NCBI GenBank assembly: GCA_963704165.1
Contig: CAVPHD010000004.1
Span: forward strand, 480,001 to 544,000
Source: an uncultured delta proteobacterium
GTDB lineage: Bacteria; Myxococcota_A; UBA9160; SZUA-336
DNA: 64,000 nucleotides
Direction: 5' to 3'
The position numbers were made by a program, and so were the translations under genes. This document shows positions 21,595 through 33,834 of the stretch, piece after piece (position 1 is the stretch's first letter; each line of letters begins with the position of its first letter). The notes under the pieces were generated by a model, which was not told where the DNA came from, ran no database searches, and worked only from the letters and a program-made list of their open reading frames with translations.

Positions 21595-22673
21595 CGCGCG
21601 CCTCCATCGAGTCCGAGCAGGACCCGGCATTCCGCCCAGATCTCCTCGGCCGCGCGCGGCTTGGCGCGGGCGAGCGCCGCCTCGCCCATGCGCGCGAGCC
21701 GTGGACGGTCGCGCAGGAGGTCGCCGAGCTCGCGTGCGAAGCGCGCTTCGAGCTCGGAGTTCTCGACCACGACGCTCGCGCCCGAGCGTTCGAGCTCCCT
21801 CGCGTTGGCGAGCTGATGGTTGTCGGCGGCGGTCGGCAACGGGACGAGCAGGGAGGCGACCCCGACGTGACACAGTTCGGCGACGGTTCCACCGGCCCGC
21901 GACACGACCAGGTGCGCACGCGCGAAGCGCGCCGGAAGATCGTCGAAGAACGCGGCCACGTCCGCCGCCACGTCCGCGGCGCGATAGGCCGCGCGCGTCT
22001 CCTCGAGATCCGCCGCGCCGGTCTGGTGGGTGATCTCGAGCCCGGGGATCTCGCGCAAGCTCGGCAGCGCGCCGCAGACGGCGCGGTTGATCGCGCGCGC
22101 GCCCTGGCTGCCGCCGGTGACGACCAGGCGCAGCTTCCCGCCGTTGCCGCGGCCGAGCGAGCGCGGCATCGCGCGCACGGGCCGGCCCGTGAGCAGCGCG
22201 CGCCCGGCGGGGAAGAACGGGATCGCGTCCTCGAACGCGACGAAGACACGCTTCGCGAAGCGCCCGAGCAACCGATTCGAGCGGCCGGGCAGGGCGTTCG
22301 GCTCGAGCAGCGCGGTCGGGATGCGGAGCGTCAGGGCCGCAGCCACCGCGGGGACCGAGGCATACCCTCCGACGCCGATCACGAGGTCCGCGTCGAGATC
22401 GCGCAGCAGACGCCGCGCGCGCAGAGTGCCGCGCGCGAGCACCAGCAGTCCGAGCAATCCGCGCAACGCGCCCCGGCCGGCGACCTGCGCGCTCGGCACG
22501 AGGTCGAGCGCGTAGCCGGCGGTCGGCACGTAGCGTGTCTCGAGACCGCGCGCGGTGCCGACGAAGCGCACGTGCGCCTCGGGCTCGTGCTTGCGGATCG
22601 CTTCGGCCAGCGCGAGCGCCGGAAAGATGTGGCCACCGGTTCCGCCACCGGCCAGCACGACGACTAGCGCCAT
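21591..22673 (-). CDS. murG: Lipid II N-acetylglucosaminyltransferase
   Basis: GGGTGGHIFPA, GGYAS, GGSQGA and HQLANA. Confidence 0.96.
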   Translation of the reverse strand: MALVVVLAGGGTGGHIFPALALAEAIRKHEPEAHVRFVGTARGLETRYVPTAGYALDLVPSAQVAGRGALRGLLGLLVLARGTLRARRLLRDLDADLVIGVGGYASVPAVAAALTLRIPTALLEPNALPGRSNRLLGRFAKRVFVAFEDAIPFFPAGRALLTGRPVRAMPRSLGRGNGGKLRLVVTGGSQGARAINRAVCGALPSLREIPGLEITHQTGAADLEETRAAYRAADVAADVAAFFDDLPARFARAHLVVSRAGGTVAELCHVGVASLLVPLPTAADNHQLANARELERSGASVVVENSELEARFARELGDLLRDRPRLARMGEAALARAKPRAAEEIWAECRVLLGLDGGAR

Positions 22674-23773
22674 CCCGGTCTCCCGCGCTTGCTCGCGCGC
22701 GCCGCGTTCAAGATCAAACCGATCGCAGCCAGGCTCGCGATCAGTGAAGTGCCGCCGTAGGAGACGAGCGGAAGCGTGCTGCCCTTCGTCGGCAGCAGTC
22801 CCATGGCGACCCCGGCGTTGAGCAGCGCCTGCAGCCAGAGCAGAAGGCTGGCACCGACGGAGACGAGCGTCGCGAACGGTGTCTTCGCGCGCTGCGCGAT
22901 GCCGAGCGCCGAGAGCGTCAGCACGGCGAAGCCCACGAGCACGGCCGCGACGCCGAGCAGGCCGACCTCTTCGCCGACGACGGAGAGGATGAAATCGTTG
23001 TGCGCCTCGGGAAGGAAGAAGAGCTTCTGTTGTCCCGCACCGAATCCCGCGCCGAAGAGTCCACCCGCGCCGAACGCGAGCTGGGACTGCACGAGCTGAT
23101 AGCCGCCGCCGAGCGGATCGGCCCACGGATCCAGGAAAGCGATCAGGCGCGCCACCCGATACTCGCGCAGGATCATCGCCAGACCGGCGAGAGGCGCGAC
23201 CACGGCCGCCGTGCAGGCCAGGTGATCGAGGCGCACACCGCCGGCGAAGATCAGCACGCCCGAGAACGTCGCGATCAGCATCGCGCCGCCGTAGTCGGGC
23301 TGCAAGAGCAGGAGACACGCGGGAACTCCCGCGAGGATCGCCGGCATGACGATGCTGACGCGGTAGTCCGCCATCCGGTCCTGATTCGAGGCGAGCCAGT
23401 GCGAGAGACCGAGAATCACGCCGAGCTTCGCCGGCTCGAGCGGCTGGAAGGGAAGACCGCCGAGCATGACCCAGCGCCTCGCGCCGTTCTCGCCGACGCC
23501 GAGCGGCGTGAACGTCGCGATCAGGGCGAGCACGGACGCGGCCCACGCGATGTAGGCGATCTTCTCGATCCAGGCGAGCGGCGTGGCGTAGCAGAGCGCG
23601 CCGATCCCGAATCCGATCAGGAGCGCGAGCGTCTGCCGGCCGAGATATGCGAACGAGGTGCCGAAGACCACCTCGGCACGCGCCGCGCTCGCGCTGTACA
23701 CCATGACCAGCCCGAAGCCGAGCAGCAGGATCGCGGCGACGAGCAGCTCCGAGACTCCGAAGCGACTCAGCAT
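22664..23773 (-). CDS. ftsW: SEDS peptidoglycan polymerase FtsW
   Basis: VMVYSAS, NGARRW, LPEAHNDFI and LPLVSYGGTS. Confidence 0.96.
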   Translation of the reverse strand: MLSRFGVSELLVAAILLLGFGLVMVYSASAARAEVVFGTSFAYLGRQTLALLIGFGIGALCYATPLAWIEKIAYIAWAASVLALIATFTPLGVGENGARRWVMLGGLPFQPLEPAKLGVILGLSHWLASNQDRMADYRVSIVMPAILAGVPACLLLLQPDYGGAMLIATFSGVLIFAGGVRLDHLACTAAVVAPLAGLAMILREYRVARLIAFLDPWADPLGGGYQLVQSQLAFGAGGLFGAGFGAGQQKLFFLPEAHNDFILSVVGEEVGLLGVAAVLVGFAVLTLSALGIAQRAKTPFATLVSVGASLLLWLQALLNAGVAMGLLPTKGSTLPLVSYGGTSLIASLAAIGLILNAARASKRGRPGWR

Positions 23774-25095
23774 CCCACGCCTCCGGCCGCGCTCTCGTCG
23801 GAAAGCGCGGCGGCCAGCTCTGCGAACCGTCGTCCGCGCTCCTCGAAGCCCGAGAACTGATCGAAGCTCGCGCACGCGGGCGCGAGCAAGACGACGTCGC
23901 CGGGCTGCGCGCACGCGGCGGCACGTTCGACGGCCTGTTCGAGCGTCCCGACGCGCTCGACCGGGCAGACCGAGGCGAGCGCTCGCTCGAGCTCGACCGC
24001 AGACTCTCCGTACACCACGGCGCGACGGACGCGAGCGCTGCGTGCGGCGTCGACCAGCTCGCTGAAATCGAGACCCTTGTTTCGCCCGCCCGCGAGCCAG
24101 ACGATCGCAGTCGTCTGCGCGAGGAGACTCGCGCACGCGGCGGCGGGATTGGTCGCCTTCGAGTCGTCCACGTAGCGCACCCCCGCGCGCACGCAGACGT
24201 CGCGAACGCGGTGGGGGAGCCCGGCGAAGCTCGCGAGGGTCGTTCGGATCGCGACGGTCGTGGCGCCCGCGAGCTGCGCCGCGAGCGAAGCGGCGAGCGC
24301 GTTCGCGACCGGTCGTCGCGAAGCGGCGGAGAGCTCGTCGACCGGCATGCGCAGGGTGACCTGGCCGTGGGGTGCCAGGACGAGATCGGTTCCGTCGAGG
24401 TAGGCACCGGCCGAGAGCCGCCGTTCGGTCGAGAAACCGAACCTGCGCGCGCGTGCGCGCTCCCCGACGCTGCGGGCCCAGGCGTCGTCCTCGTTCACCA
24501 CCAGGAAGTTCTCCGGGCCCTGGAGCTCGGCGAGTCGCGCCTTCGCGGCGCCGTACTTCGCCAGGCTTCCGTGCCGGTCGAGGTGATCGGGCGCGAGATT
24601 CAGGAGCACGGCGACGTTCGCCCGGAGCTTTCGCGCGTGCTCGAGCTGGAAGCTCGAGAGCTCCGCGACGATCCTCACGTGACCGCGACCGACCAGCGCG
24701 CAGAGGGGCGTACCGAGGTTTCCACCGACGCCCGTGTCGAACCCGCTGGCTTCGAGCATTTCGCCGATCAGCACGGTCGTGGTGCTCTTGCCGTTGGAAC
24801 CGGTGACACCGACCAGCTCGGCGTCGAGGAACTCGGCCGCGAGATCGACCTCGGGCACGATCTTCTCGCCTGCGGCGACGGGCACGCCGGGGCTCGCGAC
24901 CACGGCGTCGAAGTCCGCGAAGTCGGGCGGGGTCGGCGCGCAGAAACGCTTCACGTCCGGCGGCAATTCGGCGAGCGTGTCCGGTGTGCGGTCGTACGCG
25001 CAGACGCGAGCGCCGGCACGCAGAAGCAACTCGACGGCGCTCCGTCCGGAGCGCGCCATGCCGAGTACGAGCACGTTCTTCCCCGCCCAGCTCAT
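23767..25095 (-). CDS. murD: UDP-MurNAc-L-Ala--D-glutamate ligase
   Basis: GSNGKSTT, ELSSFQL, DDSKATN and PACASFDQF. Confidence 0.96.
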   Translation of the reverse strand: MSWAGKNVLVLGMARSGRSAVELLLRAGARVCAYDRTPDTLAELPPDVKRFCAPTPPDFADFDAVVASPGVPVAAGEKIVPEVDLAAEFLDAELVGVTGSNGKSTTTVLIGEMLEASGFDTGVGGNLGTPLCALVGRGHVRIVAELSSFQLEHARKLRANVAVLLNLAPDHLDRHGSLAKYGAAKARLAELQGPENFLVVNEDDAWARSVGERARARRFGFSTERRLSAGAYLDGTDLVLAPHGQVTLRMPVDELSAASRRPVANALAASLAAQLAGATTVAIRTTLASFAGLPHRVRDVCVRAGVRYVDDSKATNPAAACASLLAQTTAIVWLAGGRNKGLDFSELVDAARSARVRRAVVYGESAVELERALASVCPVERVGTLEQAVERAAACAQPGDVVLLAPACASFDQFSGFEERGRRFAELAAALSDESAAGGVGC

Positions 25096-26170
25096 CGCAG
25101 CTTCAACAGCGAGATCGCGACCAGCCCCAGGATCACCGAGATGATCCAGAAGCGGACGATGATCTGCGGCTCGGGCCAACCTCGAAGCTCGTAGTGGTGG
25201 TGAATCGGCGCCATGCGGAAGACGCGCTTGCCGCGCGTCTTGAACGACGCGACCTGGATCATCACCGAGAACATCTCGACCAGGAACAGGCCGCCCACGA
25301 TCACGAGCACCACTTCCTGCCGGATGATGATCGCCACCGTCGAGAGCGCGCCACCGAGGGCGAGCGCTCCGGTGTCACCCATGAAGACCGACGCCGGGTA
25401 CGTGTTGTACCAGAGGAAGCCGAGCCCGGCTCCCATCAGCGACGAGCAGAAGATCGCCAGCGTACCGGCCGCCGGGACGTGCTTCAGTTCCAGATAGCTC
25501 GCGATCACGCTATTGCCGACGACGTAGCTGAAGAGCCCGATCACGCCGGCGCTGATCATCGTCGGGCCGATCGCGAGGCCGTCGAGCCCGTCGGTCAGGT
25601 TCACCGCGTTGGAGAAGCCGACGATGAAGACGACCGCGAACGGAACGTACATCCAGCCGAGCATCGGATGGAAGTTCTTCAGCAGCGGAAGCGACATCGC
25701 TCCGTCGAAGCTCGGCAGCAGATACAACCAGACGGCCGCGACCGTCGCGACGCCGATCTGTCCGAAGAGCTTTGCGCGCGCGCTGATGCCCTTGGGGTTC
25801 TTCTCGACCGCCTTCTTGTAGTCGTCCACGAAGCCGATCGCGCCGCAGCCCAACGTCACGAAGAGCACCACCCAGACGAACGGGTTGGTCCACTCGGCCC
25901 AGAGCAGCGTGCTCGCGAGCACCGCGGACAGGATCAACACTCCCCCCATCGTCGGTGTGCCGCGCTTGGTCTGGTGGCGGTCGGGCGTGTCTTCGCGAAT
26001 CGTCTGGCCGATCTGGCGATGCTCGAGCAGGCGGATCAGCGTCGGTCCGGCGATGAACGCGATCAGAAGCGCCGTGAGCGCAGCCCCGACGCTGCGGAAC
26101 GTCAGATAGCGGAAGACGTTCAGGCCCGAGATCTCCGCCGACAAGAGCTCGTAGAAGAGGTGATACAGCA

Positions 26171-26171
<1 letters not shown>
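25092..26171 (-). CDS. mraY: Phospho-MurNAc-pentapeptide transferase
   Basis: GTPTMGG, NAVNLTDGLDGLA, FMGDTG and MAPIHHHYE. Confidence 0.97.
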
Positions 26172-27549
<1,378 letters not shown>

Positions 27550-27553
<4 letters not shown>

Positions 27554-29025
27554 GCGGCCACCCCCCGAGCGACGAGCGCCCGGCGCGCCTCTTCCCGGTC
27601 GTCGAACGGGAACCTCTCCCGACCGACGATCTGGTAGTCCTCGTGGCCCTTGCCCGCGATCACGATGCAGTCCTCGGCGCGGGCGATCGCGATCGCGCGA
27701 GAGATCGCCTCTCGCCGATCGCGAAGAACCTCGTGCGAGCCCGAGAGACCGACCGCGACGTCGCGCAGGATCGCGTCGGGATCCTCGCTGCGCGGGTTGT
27801 CGCTGGTCGCGATCACGTGATCCGCGCGCGCGCAGGCCGCACGTGCCATCGGCGCGCGCTTGCTTCGATCGCGGTCGCCACCACAGCCGAAGACCGCAAT
27901 CAGCCGGCCCTCGACGAGCGGTCGCACCCGCGCGAGCACGCGGTCGAGGGCGTCGGGCGTGTGCGCGTAGTCGACGAGCACGATCGGTCGGCATTCGCCG
28001 ACGCGCTCGAGGCGACCCGGCACCGCGGGGCAGCCCTCGAGCCCGCGCCGGATCGCGTCCCAGGCGAGGTCGAGCGTGCGCCCGGTCGCGAGCGCGGCGA
28101 GCGCGTTGTCGATCTGGAAGTCGCCGGCGAGCGGAAGGTCGATCTCGATCTCGGCGTCGGGACCCCGCACGCGCAACCGCGACCGCGCGAGCTCGATGCG
28201 CTCCTCGATCGTGCAGTAGTCCGCGCCCACCTCCCGGCCACGCGCGTAGGTGACGACCGGACGCCCCGAGGCCCGCGCGATCTCCGCGAGGCGCGGCGTC
28301 CAAGGATCGGCCGCGTTCAGAACGGCCGTACCCGAAAGGTAGTCCGCTCCGAAGAGCAACGACTTCGCGCGCCCGTAGCTCTCCATGTCCGGGTGGAAGT
28401 CGAGGTGGTCCTGCGTGATGTGCGTGAAGACGGCGACGGCGAATCGAAGCCCGCGTACGCGTCCGAGCGCGAGGCTGTGGGAAGAGACCTCGAGGGCGAC
28501 GGCCTCGACTCCCGCGTCGCGCATGCGGCGGAGCCAGCGCTGCAGGTCGAGCGACTCGGGCGTCGTGAGCGATGCCTTCTCTTCGAAGCCCGGATAGCGG
28601 ATCGAGATCGTTCCGAGGCTTCCGGCGGGTCTGCCGGACGCGAGCAGGATCGACTCGATCATCCGCACGGTGCTCGTCTTGCCGTTCGTCCCCGTGACTC
28701 CGATCAGCGTGAGATCGCGTGCCGGAAATGCGAAGAAGCGCGCTGCGACGCTCGCGAGTGCCGCGCGCGTGTCGGGGACGCGGGCGATGGCGACGTGCGG
28801 CGGGCGATCGCCCGGTGATTCCTCGACGAGGAGGGCGTTCGCCCCGGCCTCGATCGCTTGCGGGATGAAGCGGTGTCCATCGCTCTGTGCGCCGCGCAGC
28901 GCGACGAAGAGAGCGCCCGGGCGAACCGTGCGGGAGTCGTAGGTCACGTCGCTCACCGGTGCACGAGCCGGGCCGTCGATGATCGCGTCGAGTCCATCGA
29001 CGAGTCCCGCCAGTGTCTCGGTCAT
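27550..29025 (-). CDS. murE: UDP-MurNAc-dipeptide--meso-DAP ligase
   Basis: GTNGKTS, EVSSH, DYAHTPD, DAP-type DNPR and AGKGHEDYQ. Confidence 0.96.
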
Positions 29026-30788
29026 CCTGCTCGGCCTCGCGCGGCTTTCTCTCGCGTCCCGGATCGCGGCATGCTTGCGGTCGAGCTCGGCGCGACGGCA
29101 TTCCGAGGCGTCGGATACCCGATTCCCAGCCGATCGATCGCGTAGCCCGCGACCTCCTTGAAGACGGGTGCAGCGACCACGCCGCCGGTGCGGAACCCGC
29201 GCGGCTCGTCGATGAAGACGCCGATCACCAGTCGCGGATTCACGACCGGGACGATCCCGACGAACGATGCGACATAGTCGGTCTGCGAGTACGTGCCGTT
29301 CTTGACCTTCTGCGCCGTCCCGGTCTTGCCCGCGACCGAGACGTGCGGGAGCCCCGCCGCCTTGCCGCTGCCATCGACGACGACCATCCGCATCATCTCG
29401 AGCACGGTGCGCGCAGTGCGCTCGGAGATCGCACGCTCGCCTGCCACGGCGGGCGTGTCGGCGGACGCACGGGTAATGCGTGGGGTCACCCGCACGCCTC
29501 CGTTCGCAAATACCGCCATCGCCGCGACGAGCTGCACGGGAGTCACGGTGACGCCCTGGCCGAAGGACAGATTCGCGCGCTCGATGGCCTGCTTCTCGCG
29601 GATCTCTCGCACGCTGCCGGCGACCTCGCCGGGGAACCCGCTACCGGTCGTGCGGCCGAAGCCGAAGCGGCGCACGCCGTCGACGAGTCGCTGCGATCCG
29701 AGCCGCGCGATGATCTTGGCCGTGCCGATGTTGCTCGAGACGCGCATGATGTCGCTGACGGTGAGCAGGTCGTGGGGCCGGTAGTCGCGGATCGTGCGTC
29801 GCCCGATCCGGTAGCGTCCGCCCTCGCAGTCGAAGACCTCGCCGGGGCTCGTCACTCCGGCTTCGAGTGCGAGCGCGATCGAGAACGGCTTGAACGTGCT
29901 TCCAGGCTCGAAAGTGTCGACAAAAGCGCGTGCGCGGTACGCCGAGGTGTCTTCGAGCCAGAAACGGTTCGGATCGAAGCTCGGTGACTCGGCGAGCGCC
30001 AGGATCTCGCCTGTCCTCGGGTCGAGCGCGACCAGCGTCGCGTGTCTCGCGCCGGTCTTGCGCAGTGACTCGGCGAGCGCCTTCTCCGCGAAGTGCTGAA
30101 GCTCGAGGTCGAGCGCGAGGGTGACCGGCTGCCCCTCTCGCGTCTTGGGCGCCTTCACCTCCGACGGCAGGTACCGCCCGCCACCGTCGCGGTTCACCCG
30201 CAGCTCCGCGCCCGCACCGCGCAGGTCGCGATCGAAGAGCAGTTCCACACCCGAGAGCCCACGCCCGTCGCGATCGGCGAATCCGAGCATCGGGCCCGCG
30301 AGCGAGCCGTTGGGATAGAAGCGGCGCCGTTCGCTGTGCAGGTGGACTCCGGCGATCTCGAGCGCGCGCACGCGATCGGCCGCATCCGGCGTGACCCAGC
30401 GCTGCAGCCAGACGAAGCTCGTCGCCTGCTCGAGCCGACGCTCGATCTCCTTGGCCGGCAGATGGAGCGCCTTCGCGAGCGAGCGCGCCGCGCCGGCTCG
30501 ATCCCGGATCTGTCGCGGGGACGCGGCGACCGACTCGACGCTCGCCGATACCGCGAGCGGTCGTCCGCTTCGATCGCGCAGCTCCGCGCGCAGCGCGGTG
30601 AGTTCGACCTTTGCAGCACCCTGACGCGCCGCGCGCGTGGCGAGGAACTCGGCGTCGAGTGTCTGCAGCTGGATCGCGCGCCCGAGCAGCGCGGCGAAGC
30701 CGAGCAGGCCGACGAGCGCAACGGCCTGCAAGCGGCCGGGCTTCAGGCCCGAGCTTCGTCGCCGGCGCGTTCTCCGCGCGGCGCTCAA
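29022..30788 (-). CDS. ftsI: Division transpeptidase PBP3
   Basis: EPGSTFK (SxxK), SSN and KTGT; N-terminal TM. Confidence 0.95.
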   Translation of the reverse strand: MSAARRTRRRRSSGLKPGRLQAVALVGLLGFAALLGRAIQLQTLDAEFLATRAARQGAAKVELTALRAELRDRSGRPLAVSASVESVAASPRQIRDRAGAARSLAKALHLPAKEIERRLEQATSFVWLQRWVTPDAADRVRALEIAGVHLHSERRRFYPNGSLAGPMLGFADRDGRGLSGVELLFDRDLRGAGAELRVNRDGGGRYLPSEVKAPKTREGQPVTLALDLELQHFAEKALAESLRKTGARHATLVALDPRTGEILALAESPSFDPNRFWLEDTSAYRARAFVDTFEPGSTFKPFSIALALEAGVTSPGEVFDCEGGRYRIGRRTIRDYRPHDLLTVSDIMRVSSNIGTAKIIARLGSQRLVDGVRRFGFGRTTGSGFPGEVAGSVREIREKQAIERANLSFGQGVTVTPVQLVAAMAVFANGGVRVTPRITRASADTPAVAGERAISERTARTVLEMMRMVVVDGSGKAAGLPHVSVAGKTGTAQKVKNGTYSQTDYVASFVGIVPVVNPRLVIGVFIDEPRGFRTGGVVAAPVFKEVAGYAIDRLGIGYPTPRNAVAPSSTASMPRSGTREKAARGRAG

Positions 30789-31120
30789 CGTGGCTCGCCA
30801 TCCGCGACGCCATGAAGCGCTGCGAGATGCGGGTCGGAGAGCGACACGACCTGTTCAGGAGACGGGTAGATCAGGCCGAGCTCGAGGGCGCGTGGCTCGA
30901 TGCGCTCGGGCGCGGCGAGCGCCGCGACCTCGACACGCAGCCGCTCGACGACGAGCGACAGCTCGTGTTCGTGAGAGACGCGGCGACCCAGCTCGTAGCG
31001 CAGCGACGTCACGTAGGTGCGCACGTAGACGAGCACGCCCGAGGCCGCGATCGCGCCGAGCGCGAGGGCCACGAGGGCGCCGAACCAGGGTCTGTGGTCT
31101 TGGAGCCGCGAGTTCAGCAT
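30785..31120 (-). CDS. ftsL: Cell division protein FtsL
   Basis: TM plus coiled coil and APERIE..A..LGL; position between rsmH and ftsI. Confidence 0.88.
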   Translation of the reverse strand: MLNSRLQDHRPWFGALVALALGAIAASGVLVYVRTYVTSLRYELGRRVSHEHELSLVVERLRVEVAALAAPERIEPRALELGLIYPSPEQVVSLSDPHLAALHGVADGEPR

Positions 31121-32034
31121 CGCTCACCTCCGCGCAGGCGCGCGCTGCGCGCGCGTGGGTTGCGTCGGATCTCGGCCGCCGAGGGCTTCGTTCCGCGCGC
31201 GACGATGCGCAGGCGCGGCACGTGCCCGCAGCCGCACACGGGGAGATCCGGCGGACAGATGCAGCCCTTCGCTTCGCGGGCCATGAACTGCTTCACCCGG
31301 CGGTCCTCGCCTGAGTGATACGAGAGCACGGCGAGCCGCCCCCCCTCCGCGAGCACGTCGAGCGCGCTCTCCAGCCCCGCGTCGAGCTCCGCGAGCTCGT
31401 CGTTCACGGCCATGCGCAGCGCTTGGAACACGAGCGTCGCCGGGTGATGTCGCCGTTCCGGAAGTCTCACGCCGTCGAGCGCCGCCACGAGCTCCTGCAC
31501 GGTGCGGATCGGTCGCCGAGCGTCGAGCGCGTGCGCGACGCGGCCGGCGGCGGGAACGCCACCGTCCCGGAGCAGCTGCACGAGCTCAGCACCGCTGACC
31601 CGGTCGAGCAGCTCGGCCGCGGTCTCCCCCGTCGACCGGTCCATGCGCATGTCGAGCGGCACCGGTGTGTCGCCGACGCGGAAGCTCATGCCGCGCTCGA
31701 TCTGGTCGAGGTGGGCGGAGCACACACCGAGATCGAGCAGCACGCCATCGACGGGCAGGGCGTTCGCGGCCGCGGCGACCTCGCGCACGAACGAGAAGCG
31801 CGCGTGAAAGAGCTTCGCGCGCGCGCCGAAGCGGCGGAGACGCTGCTCGGCGACCTCGAGCATCTCGGGGTCCCGATCGAGCCCGACGAGCAGACCATCG
31901 GGGCCGAGCCGCTCGAGGATCTGCTCGGCGTGACCTCCGTGTCCGGTCGTCGCATCGACGATCCGCGAGTCCTCGCGGGGCGAGAGCAGCTCGAGGACTT
32001 CGGCGACCATCACCGGGGCGTGAGAGGGGTTCAC
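31114..32034 (-). CDS. rsmH: 16S rRNA m4C1402 methyltransferase
   Basis: HAPVM, DATTGHGGH, LDMRMD, FQALRMAVN, SYHSGEDR and NPRARSARLR. Confidence 0.96.
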   Translation of the reverse strand: MNPSHAPVMVAEVLELLSPREDSRIVDATTGHGGHAEQILERLGPDGLLVGLDRDPEMLEVAEQRLRRFGARAKLFHARFSFVREVAAAANALPVDGVLLDLGVCSAHLDQIERGMSFRVGDTPVPLDMRMDRSTGETAAELLDRVSGAELVQLLRDGGVPAAGRVAHALDARRPIRTVQELVAALDGVRLPERRHHPATLVFQALRMAVNDELAELDAGLESALDVLAEGGRLAVLSYHSGEDRRVKQFMAREAKGCICPPDLPVCGCGHVPRLRIVARGTKPSAAEIRRNPRARSARLRGGERC

Positions 32035-32465
32035 CGCGTCGCGCCGCGCAGGTAGCGCGAGTTCTCGGCCTCGTGCTCCTGGGTGCTTTCGATCTCCGCC
32101 TGGTAACGCACGCGATCCCAGATCTCGACGCGGTCGGTGAGTCCCAGGAACGTGATCTCGCGGTCGATCCGAACCAGGCGCCGCAGCGTCGGTGGAATCA
32201 GGATGCGTCCGGCTCGATCGACACTGCATGGCGTCGCGTGTCCGATGATCAAGCGTTCGAGCGCCTCGGCTGCGTCGTTCAGCACGTCGTCCGACAGCCG
32301 CTGTCGGATCTTGTCGAACTTCTCGGCCGGGTAGATCGCGAGACAGCGCGATCGTGCGGTGAGCCAGGGTGGCTGGCTTCCGCGCGTCAAAAGGTCGCGG
32401 AAGTCCTTGGGAAGGCTGGTGCGCCCCTTCTCATCGAGAACGTGCTCGTGGCACCCCCAGAACAT
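32031..32465 (-). CDS. mraZ: Division/cell wall cluster repressor MraZ
   Basis: LDEKGR, DRAGRILIP and VEIWD. Confidence 0.95.
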   Translation of the reverse strand: MFWGCHEHVLDEKGRTSLPKDFRDLLTRGSQPPWLTARSRCLAIYPAEKFDKIRQRLSDDVLNDAAEALERLIIGHATPCSVDRAGRILIPPTLRRLVRIDREITFLGLTDRVEIWDRVRYQAEIESTQEHEAENSRYLRGATR

Positions 32466-32491
32466 TCTTCCACCGGCCCCCGCACGCACCG

Positions 32492-32564
32492 GTGGGAAGG
32501 GGGTTCCAAGGACCCGGCACTCCCCCCCTGAACAGCACCTTGGGTCCTTGGAACCCTATCCCAC
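32492..32564 (-). other. Long hairpin in the predicted 5' leader of the dcw operon
   Basis: Perfect 15-bp inverted repeat 32501-32515/32542-32556, extended by GTGGGA (32492-32497) / TCCCAC (32559-32564). Confidence 0.7.
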
Positions 32565-32602
32565 TGCGTCCCACCATACAGCCACTTCATCCCAGCGGTC
32601 AA
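32559..32602 (-). promoter_or_regulatory. dcw promoter with tandem MraZ boxes
   Basis: TTGACC (32597-32602)-N18-TATGGT (32573-32578); TGGGA/TGGCT repeats at about 10-bp period (32590, 32580, 32569, 32559), matching known MraZ TGGGN repeats. Confidence 0.8.
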
Positions 32603-32724
32603 CACTTTTTCACGAAAAAACCGAAAGAAATCCGGTCTCTGCGGGCGATCTCGCCAAGTGCGGCTGGAGCCCCTGCCGGTTGAGGTGAGTCGAGTCACAG
32701 CCGCAATATCTGGGGCCTCGGGAG

Positions 32725-33777
32725 TCACGCTTGAACGCGCCGCGCGAGGGTCGGCCAGAAGCCGGCGTGCGCCTCGCGAAGAAATCCGACGAGCTCCTTC
32801 CCGTGCTCGCTCGCGGATTCGAAGTCGTGTGTCGCCGGCGCGGGGCTCGCCAGCACGCGGACGGTCTCGGCGACCGAATCGGCGAGCGCATCGAGGTCGT
32901 ACCCGCCCTCGAGTGCCAGGACGATGCGCCCACCGCAAGTCTCGTCCGCGATCGCACACAGGCGCTCCGTCAAGCGACCGAACCCGCGCGTCGTCACGCG
33001 CATCGCACCGAGCGGATCGCGTTCGTGCGCATCGAACCCGGCCGAGACCAGGATGATCTCGGGCTCGAACGCGAGCAGGGTCGGCGTCAACACCTGATCG
33101 AAGAGCGGTCCGTACTCCGCGTCCCCACAAGCCTCGGGCAGCGGGAGGTTGAGGGTCGCGCCGAGGCCGTCCCCTTGTCCGTGCTCGTCGAGCGCTCCGG
33201 TCCCCGGATAGAAGGGAAACTGGTGCAGCGACGCGAAGAGCACGTCGCGATCCGACTCGAAGGCGTGCTGCGTGCCGTTGCCGTGGTGTACGTCCCAATC
33301 GACGATCGCGATCCTTTCGATGCCGGTCTGCGCGAGCAGCGCGCGCGCGGCGATCGCGATGTTGTTCAGCAGGCAGAAGCCCATCGGCGCGTCGTGCTCC
33401 GCGTGGTGGCCGGGCGGGCGAAGCGCCGCAAAGGCCCGGGTGGCCTCGCCGCGAGCGACGCGGAGCGAAGCCTCGACGAGCGATCCGGCTGCGAGTCGCG
33501 CGATTTCGACCGAGCGCGGCGAGCAGTAGGTGTCGGGATCGAGTCGGCGCGTCTGGCCCACACACGAATCGAGCGCGTCGAGGTAGCCGCGCTCGTGAAC
33601 TTCGAGCACCTCCTCGTCGGTCGCCGCTCGCGGCTCGAGCGTGCGGATCGAGTCGCCAAGCGTTTCGAGCGCGCGATCGACGGCGACGAGCCGCTCCGGG
33701 CGTTCGGGATGCGCGCGAGCGGGCACGTGTTCGCGAAAACGGGGATCACGGACGACGAGCGGTCGGGGGTCACGCAT
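32725..33777 (-). CDS. Histone deacetylase family (Zn-dependent deacylase)
   Basis: HPERPERL, RPPGHHA, DWDVHHGNGTQ, SAGFDAH and LEGGY. Confidence 0.95.
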   Translation of the reverse strand: MRDPRPLVVRDPRFREHVPARAHPERPERLVAVDRALETLGDSIRTLEPRAATDEEVLEVHERGYLDALDSCVGQTRRLDPDTYCSPRSVEIARLAAGSLVEASLRVARGEATRAFAALRPPGHHAEHDAPMGFCLLNNIAIAARALLAQTGIERIAIVDWDVHHGNGTQHAFESDRDVLFASLHQFPFYPGTGALDEHGQGDGLGATLNLPLPEACGDAEYGPLFDQVLTPTLLAFEPEIILVSAGFDAHERDPLGAMRVTTRGFGRLTERLCAIADETCGGRIVLALEGGYDLDALADSVAETVRVLASPAPATHDFESASEHGKELVGFLREAHAGFWPTLARRVQA

Positions 33778-33834
33778 CGAAATCGATCATAGCGGTGATT
33801 GACACCCTCTCACCCATGACCGATACAGGCCATC

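Noticed and set aside
32725..33777. Histone deacetylase as a eukaryotic-like acquisition
   Set aside because: Bacterial HDAC-family deacylases are common
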